Shown piece after piece: positions 32,601-41,831 of a DNA stretch of 64,000 nt; the first letter of the stretch is position 1, and the number at the start of each line of letters is the position of its first letter. The position numbers were made by a program, and so were the translations under genes. The notes under the pieces are model-generated. The model was not told where the DNA came from. It saw only the letters and a list, made by a program, of their open reading frames with translations, and searched no databases. This stretch comes from Nitrosopumilaceae archaeon (GTDB taxonomy: Archaea > Thermoproteota > Nitrososphaeria > Nitrososphaerales > Nitrosopumilaceae): assembly GCA_965214835.1 (NCBI GenBank), contig CBDCCK010000002.1, forward strand, positions 864,001-928,000, in the 5' to 3' direction.

Positions 32601-33011
32601 GACCTCGCTGATTCCCTGTAACGGGGCTATGGTAACGCCCTCCGTAACAACTGCGAGGCCCACCCGGACTGCAAGATCAAGTCTTTCCTCCAAAGTCGCA
32701 TCCTGTGGAAGATACTTTCCACGTGCAATTTCCTCGGACATTATGAGCGCAGACAGCTCCTTTCCGTTGGTTTGGAGAAGATCCCGCAGTGGATCGGAGA
32801 TGTCGATGTCGTGCATTTTTGCCACACGATCAGCCAGGTCAAAGGCTATTTTGGGCTCAACCATGCCCGAAGAGTCCACAAGTGTGGACTTGGCATCTGC
32901 TGCCCTTTCAAATATTTTGTATGTGTCCTCGGACAGTACAGAGTAGTAGTTCCGGTAATAGTCTGGCATCTTCATGCCCCGAATTCTGTTTAGAGTGGTG
33001 TTGTCTGACAT
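29634..33011 (-). CDS. polC: DNA polymerase D large subunit (DP2)
   Basis: GGFRLRYGR, AKRRDADGDAD, GGLMDAPL, Zn fingers; no intein evident. Confidence 0.97.
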   Translation of the reverse strand: MSDNTTLNRIRGMKMPDYYRNYYSVLSEDTYKIFERAADAKSTLVDSSGMVEPKIAFDLADRVAKMHDIDISDPLRDLLQTNGKELSALIMSEEIARGKYLPQDATLEERLDLAVRVGLAVVTEGVTIAPLQGISEVTIKKNKDSTEYLSVSIAGPMRSAGGTESAVTMLIADHVRKAAGLGEYQANSFDDETGRFVEELRIYEREAGSFQFHVLDDDIATVISHLPVELDGVDTDPYEVVNHKGMARMKTDRVRGGALRVLNDGLIGRAKKLLKRIELYNLDGWEWLNDLKGAVQAGDKEEDAAAKRMREVITGRSVLSTPNRLGGFRLRYGRACNTGFASIGFHPVIAEILDHTITVGTQVKIDMPGKGATVAFVDSIDTPTVRLKNGDVVKVRDVHHGISLKPEIERILHLGDVLISFGDFLENNAQLVPTAYVEEYWTEDLKAQLSKHTPGDESLRQFLDRPPGPDEAVDLALKFKIPLHPQYLYYWDKITNGDLKVLLGGKVENHQTLYPQSAKKILENLGVPHKNQDGRIVLEGTESKVFYNLLFRNRLDIDSSLSAAENISKTSGIAIRNKFSTAIGVRIGRPEKAAPRQMKPPIHALFPVGDKGGITRDLLKASQGPDFYTSISNRMCKSCGVPSIGIRCQHCGEKTAISYRCFACKNTVDSDYCKKCKRKTQTYSYRAFPLKNKLMAAQEKTGIRAQEPFKGVREMINQDKIAEPLEKGLMRQSHGLTVFKDGTVRYDATNSPLTHFKPSWIGTPISRLRELGYTHDADGEPLTNKEQILEIRMQDVIIPHECGKYLVDTCRYIDSEMIKLYEKSPFYNVKNTDELVGHLVIGLAPHTSVGIVGRIIGYTETHVCFGTPNWHSAKRRDADGDADSIMLLMDSLLNFSRQFLSDKIGGLMDAPLLIQPLVLPHESQPQAHNLEVAKSFPRRFFEDTLRQEKASNVDSVEIIKSRLETAEQFYGYHFTHPTSGLTTSKSRSAYSTLGSMLDKLDMQIKNADLIEAVDTAEIVSNVISTHLVPDIMGNLRSYARQSFRCTACGRSYRRTPLIQNCVCGHKLIQTITRASVEKYLKLAKRLVQKYDVGQYQAGRIRALADEIDLVFGKNAGDQLLLTDYS

Positions 33012-33767
33012 CTACTTCTTGACGGATTCGATGGCTTTTGCTATTTCGGTCAGTTTTTTGGAGCTTCCAGGTTTTTCCAACATCGTACCAATAACCAGCG
33101 CGTCTGCGCCGGATTGGGCTAGGGACTTGGCGGTCTTGGGATTATGGATGCCCCCACCTACGATTATGAAGCCCTTGAAGGTCCTTCTTACGGTTCTGAC
33201 CATCTCTGGTGTGACGCTGGTCTTGGCTCCCGAGCCGGCCTCCAGATAGACGAACCGCATGCCCAAAAACTGGGCAGCCAGTGAATATGCGGCTGCTATT
33301 TTGGGTTTTTCAAATGGAATTCCTCTTGCAGAGCCCACAAACCAGGCAGAGGTTCCCTCACCGATTATTAAATACGCGGTAGGCAGAGGTTCCAGTCCAA
33401 ATTTTAGGACGCTGGGAGCTCCCAAGGCCTGAGCTTGGGTGATAAAGTATGGGTTTTCAGAGTTCATTAACGAGCTAAAGAGAATGGCGTCTGCCTCTGG
33501 AACAATACCGGTTACGTTTCCAGGAAACAGAATGGTTGGGATTTTGATGTTTTTTTTAATGTTTTTTACCACCTTGGACATCTCCAATTGATCAGTGGCA
33601 GAAGAACCTCCAACCAGTATGGCCGAGGCCCCTATTTTTTCAACCTCGGCTGCCAGTTTTGAAGACGAGTCCGGGTCTGAAACTTCAGAGTCAATCAACA
33701 CGAAAAGCAGGGTGTTTTTCCTTTTTAATTCGGATTGCAGGTGGTCTTCTACGGTGTTTCTAGTCAT
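33012..33767 (-). CDS. Geranylgeranylglyceryl phosphate synthase
   Basis: LVGGS, ILFPG, YLEAGSGA, IVGGGI. Confidence 0.92.
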   Translation of the reverse strand: MTRNTVEDHLQSELKRKNTLLFVLIDSEVSDPDSSSKLAAEVEKIGASAILVGGSSATDQLEMSKVVKNIKKNIKIPTILFPGNVTGIVPEADAILFSSLMNSENPYFITQAQALGAPSVLKFGLEPLPTAYLIIGEGTSAWFVGSARGIPFEKPKIAAAYSLAAQFLGMRFVYLEAGSGAKTSVTPEMVRTVRRTFKGFIIVGGGIHNPKTAKSLAQSGADALVIGTMLEKPGSSKKLTEIAKAIESVKK

Positions 33768-33832
33768 AAATCAGGTTCTAATCTAGCTCTTTAAAGTTTA
33801 ATTGGAACAATAGTATACAGGTTTGTATAGCT

Positions 33833-34195
33833 ATGTCGGGGTTTGGGTCTTCTAAATTTAATAATATCATAAGACAAATTATAGAAAAATCGTTGTTTAC
33901 AGAGCGACAAATTGAAATTATTTTAAATCAGAAGAACCTTAGTGAGTCCAAGTTTTCCATAACAAAGGGGGCGTACTACAGGCAGGTAAGCCAGTCCAGG
34001 AGCAAGTTGGTGGGTCTTTACTATTCAATCATTCTTTTGCGCGGACTAGGCGTGCTCTTGCCTGATGACATTGATGTGATAACAAGGCTTTCGGAACAGG
34101 TTTCCGTGATAAAAGATGGTGATGTTTTCCCTGAAAGAGAGGAGGAAGTCATTGATGTGATAGACAGGGTGGTCAGGCAGGCCTGCAATATGTGA
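33833..34195 (+). CDS. Hypothetical protein, probable HTH
   Basis: SLFTERQIEI...ITKGAYYRQVSQ. Confidence 0.7.
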   Translation: MSGFGSSKFNNIIRQIIEKSLFTERQIEIILNQKNLSESKFSITKGAYYRQVSQSRSKLVGLYYSIILLRGLGVLLPDDIDVITRLSEQVSVIKDGDVFPEREEEVIDVIDRVVRQACNM

Positions 34196-34318
34196 TGGTT
34201 GGAGAGTTTGTGAATAAAATTTCGTGTTTGTTGTGATAATGTGGTGGTGTTTTTCTTTACCCATTAGGTAAATAATGTTTGTCCATATATGATAAATCAC
34301 CATGCATGATGTAGGATA

Positions 34319-34909
34319 GTGATGTTGGTAGAAATTCCCGATCCTGAAGTGATATTTGTGGTGGTTGTCGCGTTTTTAGTGGGGTTGGGTGGATTTTATG
34401 CATACTATAAAATACGGCCCTATGTTAATCTGAAGAGGGTGGAAATCGATCCCAGCCAACTGGCGCGCCTAGAGTATTACGAGCGTCAACTAATCGATAT
34501 GAAAATACGCCTAGATGCCCTAGGGTTGGATGATGGTGTTGTAAAAAAACCTCAAAAAGAACCAGGGGTCGAGGTGGGGATCAGGCAAGCTTCACAGGTT
34601 ATAGAAGATGTCCCACAAGTGAAGGTGGAGGTTGAAAAACAATCATCCCAGGCACAAAGGCTGCCCAACATGACCTCAAATGACGCCGTAGATTATGTGT
34701 TGCAACTAATCACAGACAAATCAATGACGTCACGTGATATACAAGTCACACTTGGAAGGAGTAGGGAGCACACTTCCAGGTTAATGAAGAGGTTGTTTGA
34801 GGGGGGTTATGTTGATCGAAATGTTAGTACAAAACCATATACTTACTCAATTACCGATAAAGGTAAGGAAAGAGTTGGTTTGGTTAAAGGTCCCATAACT
34901 GCTACATAA
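34319..34909 (+). CDS. Membrane-anchored winged-helix (MarR-like) protein
   Basis: N-terminal TM, coiled coil, C-terminal TSRDIQ..LGRSREHTSRLMKRL..GYVDR..YSITDKG. Confidence 0.8.
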   Translation: MMLVEIPDPEVIFVVVVAFLVGLGGFYAYYKIRPYVNLKRVEIDPSQLARLEYYERQLIDMKIRLDALGLDDGVVKKPQKEPGVEVGIRQASQVIEDVPQVKVEVEKQSSQAQRLPNMTSNDAVDYVLQLITDKSMTSRDIQVTLGRSREHTSRLMKRLFEGGYVDRNVSTKPYTYSITDKGKERVGLVKGPITAT

Positions 34910-35119
34910 CCCCGGTTTTTTATAATTTTCCAAGTTCCACACAATGGGGTGGGGGGGTGATGTGTCAGCCAAAAACACAGGTTAGAGAACCAAAACTCAC
35001 CAGACCCTGCAGGGTTGCCCCTTTGTTGTGGTTTGGTTTGTTAGTTTTTCTTTATATTTTATTTAAATTTTTAAATTGTAAAGTTTTATTAATTATAATC
35101 ATTATAAATTATAATAAAA

Positions 35120-35281
35120 ATGTCTGCAGGTGGTTTGGAGGTTTTGGTAAAGATTTCATCGGTTGGTACCATATCACTACCAAAACAGTTTCGAAAGTAT
35201 ATGGACATGCAAAAAGGTGATTATGTTAAAGTTGTTATGGAAAGAGACCGTCTAATTATTAGAAGGGTTGTAATTAGTTAG
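35120..35281 (+). CDS. AbrB/MazE/SpoVT-family DNA-binding protein (53 aa, below the ORF-track cutoff)
   Basis: MSAGGLEVLVKISSVGTISLPKQFRKYMDMQKGDYVKVVMERDRLIIRRVVIS fits the AbrB pattern. Confidence 0.85.
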   Translation: MSAGGLEVLVKISSVGTISLPKQFRKYMDMQKGDYVKVVMERDRLIIRRVVIS

Positions 35282-35665
35282 GTGGGGTTTTTGGCCCGTT
35301 TTTGTTATTTGATAGGTCCATTCCCTGCCTGATTTAACCCTGTTTACCCTGCCTTTTTCATTAAATCTTGATAAATATGTGGAAATTACACTGAGTTTGA
35401 TCGGCTCGTTATACTCATCCTCATATTTTTCAAGTAGGTCTGTAGAGGTGAATTTTCCTATTAAATAGAATTTGTTAATAATATTCCAGATTTTACCCCC
35501 AATAGAATCTAGGTTCTGTGGTTGAGATTCCTGTTCAACATCCATTATACCCATCGAATCCAATAATTTGAAAAGGCGTTCTCTGGTTATGTTTCCCTCT
35601 AATTTAAGATGAAGGGGATTACCATCAGAGTCTACCGTACCTATACTAATCTTATTTCTTACCAT
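35252..35665 (-). CDS. Winged-helix DNA-binding protein
   Basis: FTSTDLLEKY...LSVISTYLSRF..KGRVNRVKSGREWTY. Confidence 0.75.
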   Translation of the reverse strand: MVRNKISIGTVDSDGNPLHLKLEGNITRERLFKLLDSMGIMDVEQESQPQNLDSIGGKIWNIINKFYLIGKFTSTDLLEKYEDEYNEPIKLSVISTYLSRFNEKGRVNRVKSGREWTYQITKTGQKPHLTNYNPSNN

Positions 35666-35699
35666 ATGTGATCAATAAGGATTAATTATTAACCATTCA

Positions 35700-36133
35700 A
35701 TAGGTCTATAAAATTTTGTTAATAAACAGGGTTGTTAATATTGACTGCCTAGCCCACGCCTAGGGGGTTTTTTATTATTAACAATTTTTTAAAAAAAACT
35801 ACCAAAAATCCCTTGTTTTCATGCCTGGAGTGGAAATAAAGGGGTCAAAATTTGTATATTAACCATGTTAAGGGGTTGTTTAACACCTAGAGTGGAAATA
35901 AAGGGGTCAAAATAACCATTTTTTGTCAATTTTAACACCAGATTAACCTATCTGTCAAGCCAAAAAACCACCCACACACCTTTATTTCCACTCCTTTTTT
36001 TTTCAAATTTTTTTTAAGAAACTAAATCTAACCAAAAATAATTAATCATATACTGAATTTGAGTTGTTGTTTGATTCTATACAGTTCTAGGAGAGGTATT
36101 GTGGTAACTAATGGAAATAAAGGTGTGTGGGTG
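35700..36133. other. Probable replication origin (oriC) with ORB-like repeats and AT-rich unwinding element
   Basis: GAGTGGAAATAAAGGGGTCAAAA twice (35824-35850, 35886-35912); perfect 22-bp inverted pair 35969-35990 / 36112-36133 around T/A runs; directly upstream of cdc6. Confidence 0.85.
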
Positions 36134-37338
36134 TGTCTGGTGACCCGGTTGATAGGTTATTGGATGCTGCAGAAGGTGGCAAGTCCCTTATCAAAAACAG
36201 GGAAATTTTACATTTTGACTATATTCCAAACATAATTTTACATAGGGATGTTGAACAGGAGCGAGTCACACAATCATTACTTCCAATCCTAAAACAATCA
36301 AGGCCATCAAACCTTCTTGTATATGGAAAGCCGGGAACCGGCAAGACCCTTGTCGTAAGAAAGGTGTTGTTAAAAATCCAAGAAAGGGTGGAAAAAAGCA
36401 ACTTTCCAATCAAACTAGCATATGCAAACTCCAAGGTGGAAACCACCCTTTATGGATTGTTGGTTAGTTTGGGCAGGCAGTTGGGCCTGTCAGACAGGGA
36501 TCTACCATCAACAGGCCTGTCAATCAGTGAAGTCTTCAAACGTCTGCTGGCCAACATAAATAAAAACAAAACAAACGCGGTTTTTGTGATAGATGAAATT
36601 GACTATCTTGCTCACTTGGTCACCAAAACGGGAAAGGACATACTTTACCAACTAACCCGCGCAAACGAGAACCTAAAATCAGGCACGCTGACCATAATAG
36701 GCATCTCAAATGATCTCACCTTCAAAGAACGCCTGGATGCAAGGGTTATCAGCAGCCTCGGGGAAGAGGAGATTGTATTTACAAACTATTCGGTAGGCCA
36801 ACTTCGAAAAATCCTGGAAGGAAGGGTAAACGAGGCCTTTGAGAACTCCTCGATCGAAGAACCGGCATTGAATCTATGTGCTGCCATGGCAGGCCGCGAG
36901 CACGGTGACGCCAGACGGGCAATCGATCTACTCAGGGTTGCGGCTGAAACCGCCGAACGCCAACAATCCGACAAAATCACCGAACAACACATCCGTGACG
37001 CCTCCCAAAAAATCGAGGAAGACAAGGAGACGACGGCCCTCAAATCATACCCACTACATGAAAAACTCCTAATCATTGCCGTGATGCGGACTGCAGGATC
37101 ATCCACGGGCGGGATTTACACTGCATACAAGGCATTATGCAAGACAGTAAGGCAAAAGGAGCTAACCCAAAGACGGGTCACACAAATGCTCAGCGAGATA
37201 GAACTGTCCGGAATCATCTCGGGAAGACTAGTTCACCAGGGAATCCACGGCAGAACAAAAAAATTCAAGCTTACCATTCCACCAGAAATGGTAAAAGAGA
37301 CACTCAAAAACGATCTGTCCTTGGAGGACATCATCTAG
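36127..37338 (+). CDS. cdc6: Orc1/Cdc6 replication initiator
   Basis: YGKPGTGKT, IDEIDYL, GDARRAIDLLR, C-terminal wHTH with GRT. Confidence 0.97.
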   Translation: MGVSGDPVDRLLDAAEGGKSLIKNREILHFDYIPNIILHRDVEQERVTQSLLPILKQSRPSNLLVYGKPGTGKTLVVRKVLLKIQERVEKSNFPIKLAYANSKVETTLYGLLVSLGRQLGLSDRDLPSTGLSISEVFKRLLANINKNKTNAVFVIDEIDYLAHLVTKTGKDILYQLTRANENLKSGTLTIIGISNDLTFKERLDARVISSLGEEEIVFTNYSVGQLRKILEGRVNEAFENSSIEEPALNLCAAMAGREHGDARRAIDLLRVAAETAERQQSDKITEQHIRDASQKIEEDKETTALKSYPLHEKLLIIAVMRTAGSSTGGIYTAYKALCKTVRQKELTQRRVTQMLSEIELSGIISGRLVHQGIHGRTKKFKLTIPPEMVKETLKNDLSLEDII

Positions 37339-38768
37339 TCTTCAGAAAAGTCCTTCTTGTATACCTTGAAGGTCTTGAGATTTACAATAATGGCTATGCC
37401 TGGCGTAGGCGCCACGCCCACACTGCTTTGAAAGGGTGTTTGTGCCTGCCATGCGCCTGAGTTTACCAACAAGACGCCCTTGTACATATCCAAGCCCACC
37501 ACGTGCACATGTCCCATGTGAAGGACGTCCGGCACATCGTCAATGACCATCATGTCATCGGTCTCTGGGGCAATTGGCGTCTGTGAACCATAGATCGGAC
37601 TCATATGCCGCGCCATGATCAGGCGCCTCATCACGTTTACCGGCTTGTCATAGCTCAGACCGGGAGTCGTCTTGACAATATCGTCGATACTCTGTCCATG
37701 AAACATCAATATTTTGACCCCGTTTAAGGAAACCATTGCAGGATTGCCCAAAAGGTGGTAGTTTTCCCTCTCCCAAATGCTTTGGTTGTATTTCTGGGGC
37801 AATGCCGGTTGTGGGAGGGCGCGCCGGCCGGGATCGTGATTTCCTGTAATCATAAAGACCTTGACGTTCCTTGGAATTTTTGATAGCATTTCGTCCAACT
37901 TGGACAGTTGGGATTCTATTGTGGGGTGGACTAACTCCTTGTCTTGGTTTGGGTATATTCCGACCCCATCCACAACATCTCCCGCTATTAACACAAAGCG
38001 CACCTTCCGTGCTATTGGGTCCGGGGACTGGAGCCAGCCGGTAAAGGACTCAAACTGCCCCTCCATAAAATACCTGCTCCCGACATGCAAGTCCGAAAGG
38101 AGCACCGCATAGGCCTCGGTCTCTGAACGGTTGGAGGCCCTATCCGGAACGTCAGGCAGAATAATATCCCTCGCAATATATCCACCACTCTTGCCGGGGG
38201 CCGCCCTGACCACAACAAACTGGTCCAAGAGCAGGCCCCGCGCCTCCTCTTTGAGATCCTCATCAAACACAATGACCTCCATGGAGGATGAGGGATCCTC
38301 TATGACCAGCCTTACGATGCTACGCTCGGAACTGCGCTCGGTGACCAACCCACAGACGTATATGTCGTCCTTTGACTTTTCATCCACCACACTGGAAATC
38401 GACTTTAACATTCTTGACTCGGGACGGTCCGAAACGATTCGTTTTAACTTTGAGAACCTGCTTGCAAACAAGGAGTTGTACCCACTTACCCCCTCCGCAG
38501 AGGTGATGCTCTTGGTCGGATCAGACAGGATCTCAAAATCACCATCAATGGCACCATCATCCTTTATTCCCAGAAACTCCTCCAAGTCATCCTGGTTGAT
38601 GTGGTAGAGCCTCTGCCTGGCCTTCTCCTTGACCAGATCCTTGATGATCCTTTCTAACTCCCCGGCCTCAATCCTCCCCAGGACTTCAAAGGCATCCGGA
38701 TGTATCTGAAATCCCTTGCTCAGCGCATAGTTTAGCGCAAAAGACACCTCTCTGTTCAATAGAACCAA
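37335..38768 (-). CDS. polB: DNA polymerase D small subunit (DP1)
   Basis: SDLHVGS, AGDVVDGVGIYPNQ, GNHD, GHVH, NSGAWQAQT. Confidence 0.95.
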   Translation of the reverse strand: MVLLNREVSFALNYALSKGFQIHPDAFEVLGRIEAGELERIIKDLVKEKARQRLYHINQDDLEEFLGIKDDGAIDGDFEILSDPTKSITSAEGVSGYNSLFASRFSKLKRIVSDRPESRMLKSISSVVDEKSKDDIYVCGLVTERSSERSIVRLVIEDPSSSMEVIVFDEDLKEEARGLLLDQFVVVRAAPGKSGGYIARDIILPDVPDRASNRSETEAYAVLLSDLHVGSRYFMEGQFESFTGWLQSPDPIARKVRFVLIAGDVVDGVGIYPNQDKELVHPTIESQLSKLDEMLSKIPRNVKVFMITGNHDPGRRALPQPALPQKYNQSIWERENYHLLGNPAMVSLNGVKILMFHGQSIDDIVKTTPGLSYDKPVNVMRRLIMARHMSPIYGSQTPIAPETDDMMVIDDVPDVLHMGHVHVVGLDMYKGVLLVNSGAWQAQTPFQSSVGVAPTPGIAIIVNLKTFKVYKKDFSED

Positions 38769-38831
38769 ATATTGCGTGTTTTAATTAAACCTGCCCACCG
38801 TCCTGCCAACCCTCAAATATGATCGGCCTGG

Positions 38832-39377
38832 ATGAACAGTGTGAAAATCCGCATTGTGTTGTTTTTCATTTTTGTCGGCATCTTCTCTGCAGCGTACTCG
38901 GTAGGGGCCGAAACGGAGGTGTCAGAGGAGGAGGCTGAGATCTTCATGGAGGAGTTCAATGAGTTAATAGATGGAATTGATGGGTTTGGCATATTTGTAC
39001 ATAACACCATGCTTGCAGTTCCAATGTTTATTCCTGGATTCGGGGTGGCCTGGGGCCTGTTCTCTGCCTGGTCTACCGGCATGGCGTTTTCTGCAATCAC
39101 CACCACCACTCCGGAACTAATCGGCATACCCCCACTGGCAATACTGTATCTTTCACCCTTTGGAATCATGGAGCTTGCAGCCTATTCCCTGGGAATATCT
39201 AGGAGCTACATGTTGATTTATGCCATTGTAAGAAAAACACCACTAAAACCACAGTTCAAACCTGTCGGGATCGAGGTTGGAGTTGTGGTAGGCCTGTTGT
39301 TGGCTGGTGGATACCTAGAATTCTATGCAATAGAGCTGGCGATGGAGTCTAACCTTGAGATGCCGCCGGGCCTTTAG
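38832..39377 (+). CDS. SpoIIM-family membrane protein
   Basis: IFVHN..., PFGIMELAAY, LLLAGGYLE; multiple TM. Confidence 0.75.
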   Translation: MNSVKIRIVLFFIFVGIFSAAYSVGAETEVSEEEAEIFMEEFNELIDGIDGFGIFVHNTMLAVPMFIPGFGVAWGLFSAWSTGMAFSAITTTTPELIGIPPLAILYLSPFGIMELAAYSLGISRSYMLIYAIVRKTPLKPQFKPVGIEVGVVVGLLLAGGYLEFYAIELAMESNLEMPPGL

Positions 39378-39584
39378 GGGTTTTGCCTAGCCAGCCCAAA
39401 ACAACCCGTACTGATGGGTCGGGCGCTTACACAAACGTAGCCGTGACTTTCCTGCCTGGCCAAAGTGGCGTGGCCTCACAGTCGACAGTACGAGGCCCCC
39501 AAACCGTTTGGTTTAGATATACTGTTCCTTACATCTAAAATAATTTAGTAGTAAATTATAAACCAAACCTGGCGAAAAAACCTC

Positions 39585-40550
39585 ATGAATCCGGGCCTAG
39601 TCTTGCTTGCGACCGTTGCAGTGCTAGTTTTGGGCCTAGCCGCAGGCGACGCCCATGCGATATCTCCAAACCAATCCCTTGTCTTGGAAGGTGCGGGATA
39701 TCTTGCCACCGAGCGGACAATCAAGACCTCCGATCTGAACATTGTCCTGGAAACCGGCGCCCAGTCGGGAAGCAGAACCAGCATAGACATTGAAGGCGGC
39801 CTTGTGACAATCACCAACAACGACTATACCATTACTGGTTCCCAGGCATCATCATTGAGGGAGGGCAAGTACATTAGAATTTCAGCGACTGCAGAGTCCG
39901 CCGACGGCGGTGACGAGATAACAATTAGCGCACTGGGCAGGCTAATCCAAAACAGCAAAAGCGGCTCGATTTACACGTTTACCGGCAGGATCATAGACGG
40001 GGACACGACTTACAAGATTATCTATATTGGCCAACTCTCAAATGCACCCACACCGGCCACCACGGAAGGCCCTGCAGGGGAGATAACCGTTCACATCCTC
40101 AAGGGCGCATCAAACCCAGCCCTCACATCAAGCTATATCGGAAGGGACACCTACCAAAAAGGGGGATACTTTTCAGTTGACAGCCTGACTATCACTCCGG
40201 ACACGTCTGTTACGTTTGTAAACGACGATGTCGTGCCTCACACCCTGGTGAGTGGAACCGGCCTGGCGGCAACCGTCAGGATCAACTCGGGCGGATTTAT
40301 GCTGTGTGAATCTCAAGACGAGGCCCAAAGCGGCTCTAGCTATGTTGGAGATAACTGCGACTTTACGTTTGACGGCAGACTTGACAGCGGGGAAATTGCA
40401 CCGGGGGAATCATGGACTGCCACATTCGAGGAGATGGGCTTTTACAGGCTAATTGATCCTGCCTACCCCTGGATGAACCTCGTATCCTATACGTTTCCCG
40501 AGTCTGACACCCTGATCCTTAGACAAGACAGCAACCGACCGGGCAACTAA
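39585..40550 (+). CDS. Exported protein with C-terminal cupredoxin-like domain
   Basis: Signal peptide; VTFVNDDVVPHTLVSG, LDSGEIAPGESWTATF, PWM. Confidence 0.75.
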   Translation: MNPGLVLLATVAVLVLGLAAGDAHAISPNQSLVLEGAGYLATERTIKTSDLNIVLETGAQSGSRTSIDIEGGLVTITNNDYTITGSQASSLREGKYIRISATAESADGGDEITISALGRLIQNSKSGSIYTFTGRIIDGDTTYKIIYIGQLSNAPTPATTEGPAGEITVHILKGASNPALTSSYIGRDTYQKGGYFSVDSLTITPDTSVTFVNDDVVPHTLVSGTGLAATVRINSGGFMLCESQDEAQSGSSYVGDNCDFTFDGRLDSGEIAPGESWTATFEEMGFYRLIDPAYPWMNLVSYTFPESDTLILRQDSNRPGN

Positions 40551-41263
40551 CCCCCCCACTGCCATTTGTAGTTCATGTACGAGTCCGGCTCCGTTTGGTC
40601 AAAAACCATTATGGAGAGGGGGGAAAACTCCACCCCCACCAACTCATCGACCACCCCCTGAAAATGCGTCTCATCACCGGTGGTCACCGCCTCAAACACG
40701 TGCACCTTCAGAGCGGAGGTGTCTATACCCATTTTTTTCAGGTACTGGGCTATCTCTGACGGCATAAAGTGTTTTTCAGGTATTTTTGGCCACGGCCTGG
40801 GAACCAGAACCACACTAAACCCGTCAACAATGGCCTTTACAAGCTCCAGTTTTTTCTCCTCAATGGGAGCCGTTACGTGAAGCGTGATCACCCTTGACTT
40901 GTCCAGCGGCACGGCAGTTCTTGCAGCGGCAACCTGCACCGAGCTGATTCCCGGAATTATGGTCACCTCTCCAAACAACTCTATCAACCTATCAACGACC
41001 TCTGATTCTGAAAAGCTAACATCCCCCGTAAAGGGGACAACCACGGTCTTTCCCCCGGGCCTTGACAGAACCTTACGGTACGCCTCCTCCTGGCTTGACA
41101 TTGTTACGGTAACGACCTCCTTGTTCTTCAAAAGATGCCTGATTGTCCTTAGCGTGTATTCGTATCCAATGATGATATCAGACTCGGAAATTATCTCCTC
41201 TGCCAGTCTTGTTACGTATTTTGGAGAGCCCGGACCCACGCCTACGGCATATACCTTTGACAA
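40547..41263 (-). CDS. cbiE: Precorrin-6Y C5-methyltransferase
   Basis: VGVGPGSP, GDVSFS, IPGISSVQVAAAR, ITLH. Confidence 0.85.
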   Translation of the reverse strand: MSKVYAVGVGPGSPKYVTRLAEEIISESDIIIGYEYTLRTIRHLLKNKEVVTVTMSSQEEAYRKVLSRPGGKTVVVPFTGDVSFSESEVVDRLIELFGEVTIIPGISSVQVAAARTAVPLDKSRVITLHVTAPIEEKKLELVKAIVDGFSVVLVPRPWPKIPEKHFMPSEIAQYLKKMGIDTSALKVHVFEAVTTGDETHFQGVVDELVGVEFSPLSIMVFDQTEPDSYMNYKWQWGG

Positions 41264-41264
41264 C

Positions 41265-41765
41265 CTATCTCGTAATCTTCTGTCTGTCTTTAATGTATTT
41301 TACAAACGGCTCCCAGTCCACCTTCATGAACTTGGTGGGATCCTTTGCCGGATACTTTACCCAGTCCTGGACTATGGAGTATTGATGCCGCTCAATTTTA
41401 CCGCCCCTTTGATACTCCACCGACAGGACACTGCCCCACGTCTTGTCCTCGTGGCCGATATCCAAGATGTCATCAAACCCCAAAACCACGTTTTTTTCAT
41501 TTTCTACATCCTCCCCAAAGTTCTCCTCGTCATATCCGTCATGAATGTTCATGACGTTTTTTGACTTGATAAGCATCACGACCTGTCTTGAGACGACTGC
41601 CTGCCACCACCTCATCTTTGCATCCGTCTTGTGGATGAAGGCCAAATGCCTGTCAGTCAGCACCAGCATGCCCTCCCTTCCCCCGATCGAGAGAAACTTC
41701 TTGGGCTCGCGCCACACCGATACTATGTGCGCCTGAATTTTCTCACCAAAATCCACATTTACCAT
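41265..41765 (-). CDS. Hypothetical protein (PH-like fold possible)
   Basis: GMLVLTDRHLAF motif; fills the gap upstream of cbiE. Confidence 0.7.
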   Translation of the reverse strand: MVNVDFGEKIQAHIVSVWREPKKFLSIGGREGMLVLTDRHLAFIHKTDAKMRWWQAVVSRQVVMLIKSKNVMNIHDGYDEENFGEDVENEKNVVLGFDDILDIGHEDKTWGSVLSVEYQRGGKIERHQYSIVQDWVKYPAKDPTKFMKVDWEPFVKYIKDRQKITR

Positions 41766-41831
41766 TCACGGGCCCGCTCGTTAAAAACAATGTTGTCAGG
41801 GCTTTTATTTAACCCAGAAGGAGGGATCCTC

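Noticed and set aside
29634-33011. Intein in PolD DP2 (or in Cdc6/CDC48)
   Set aside because: Lengths and motifs are continuous; no intein signatures seen.
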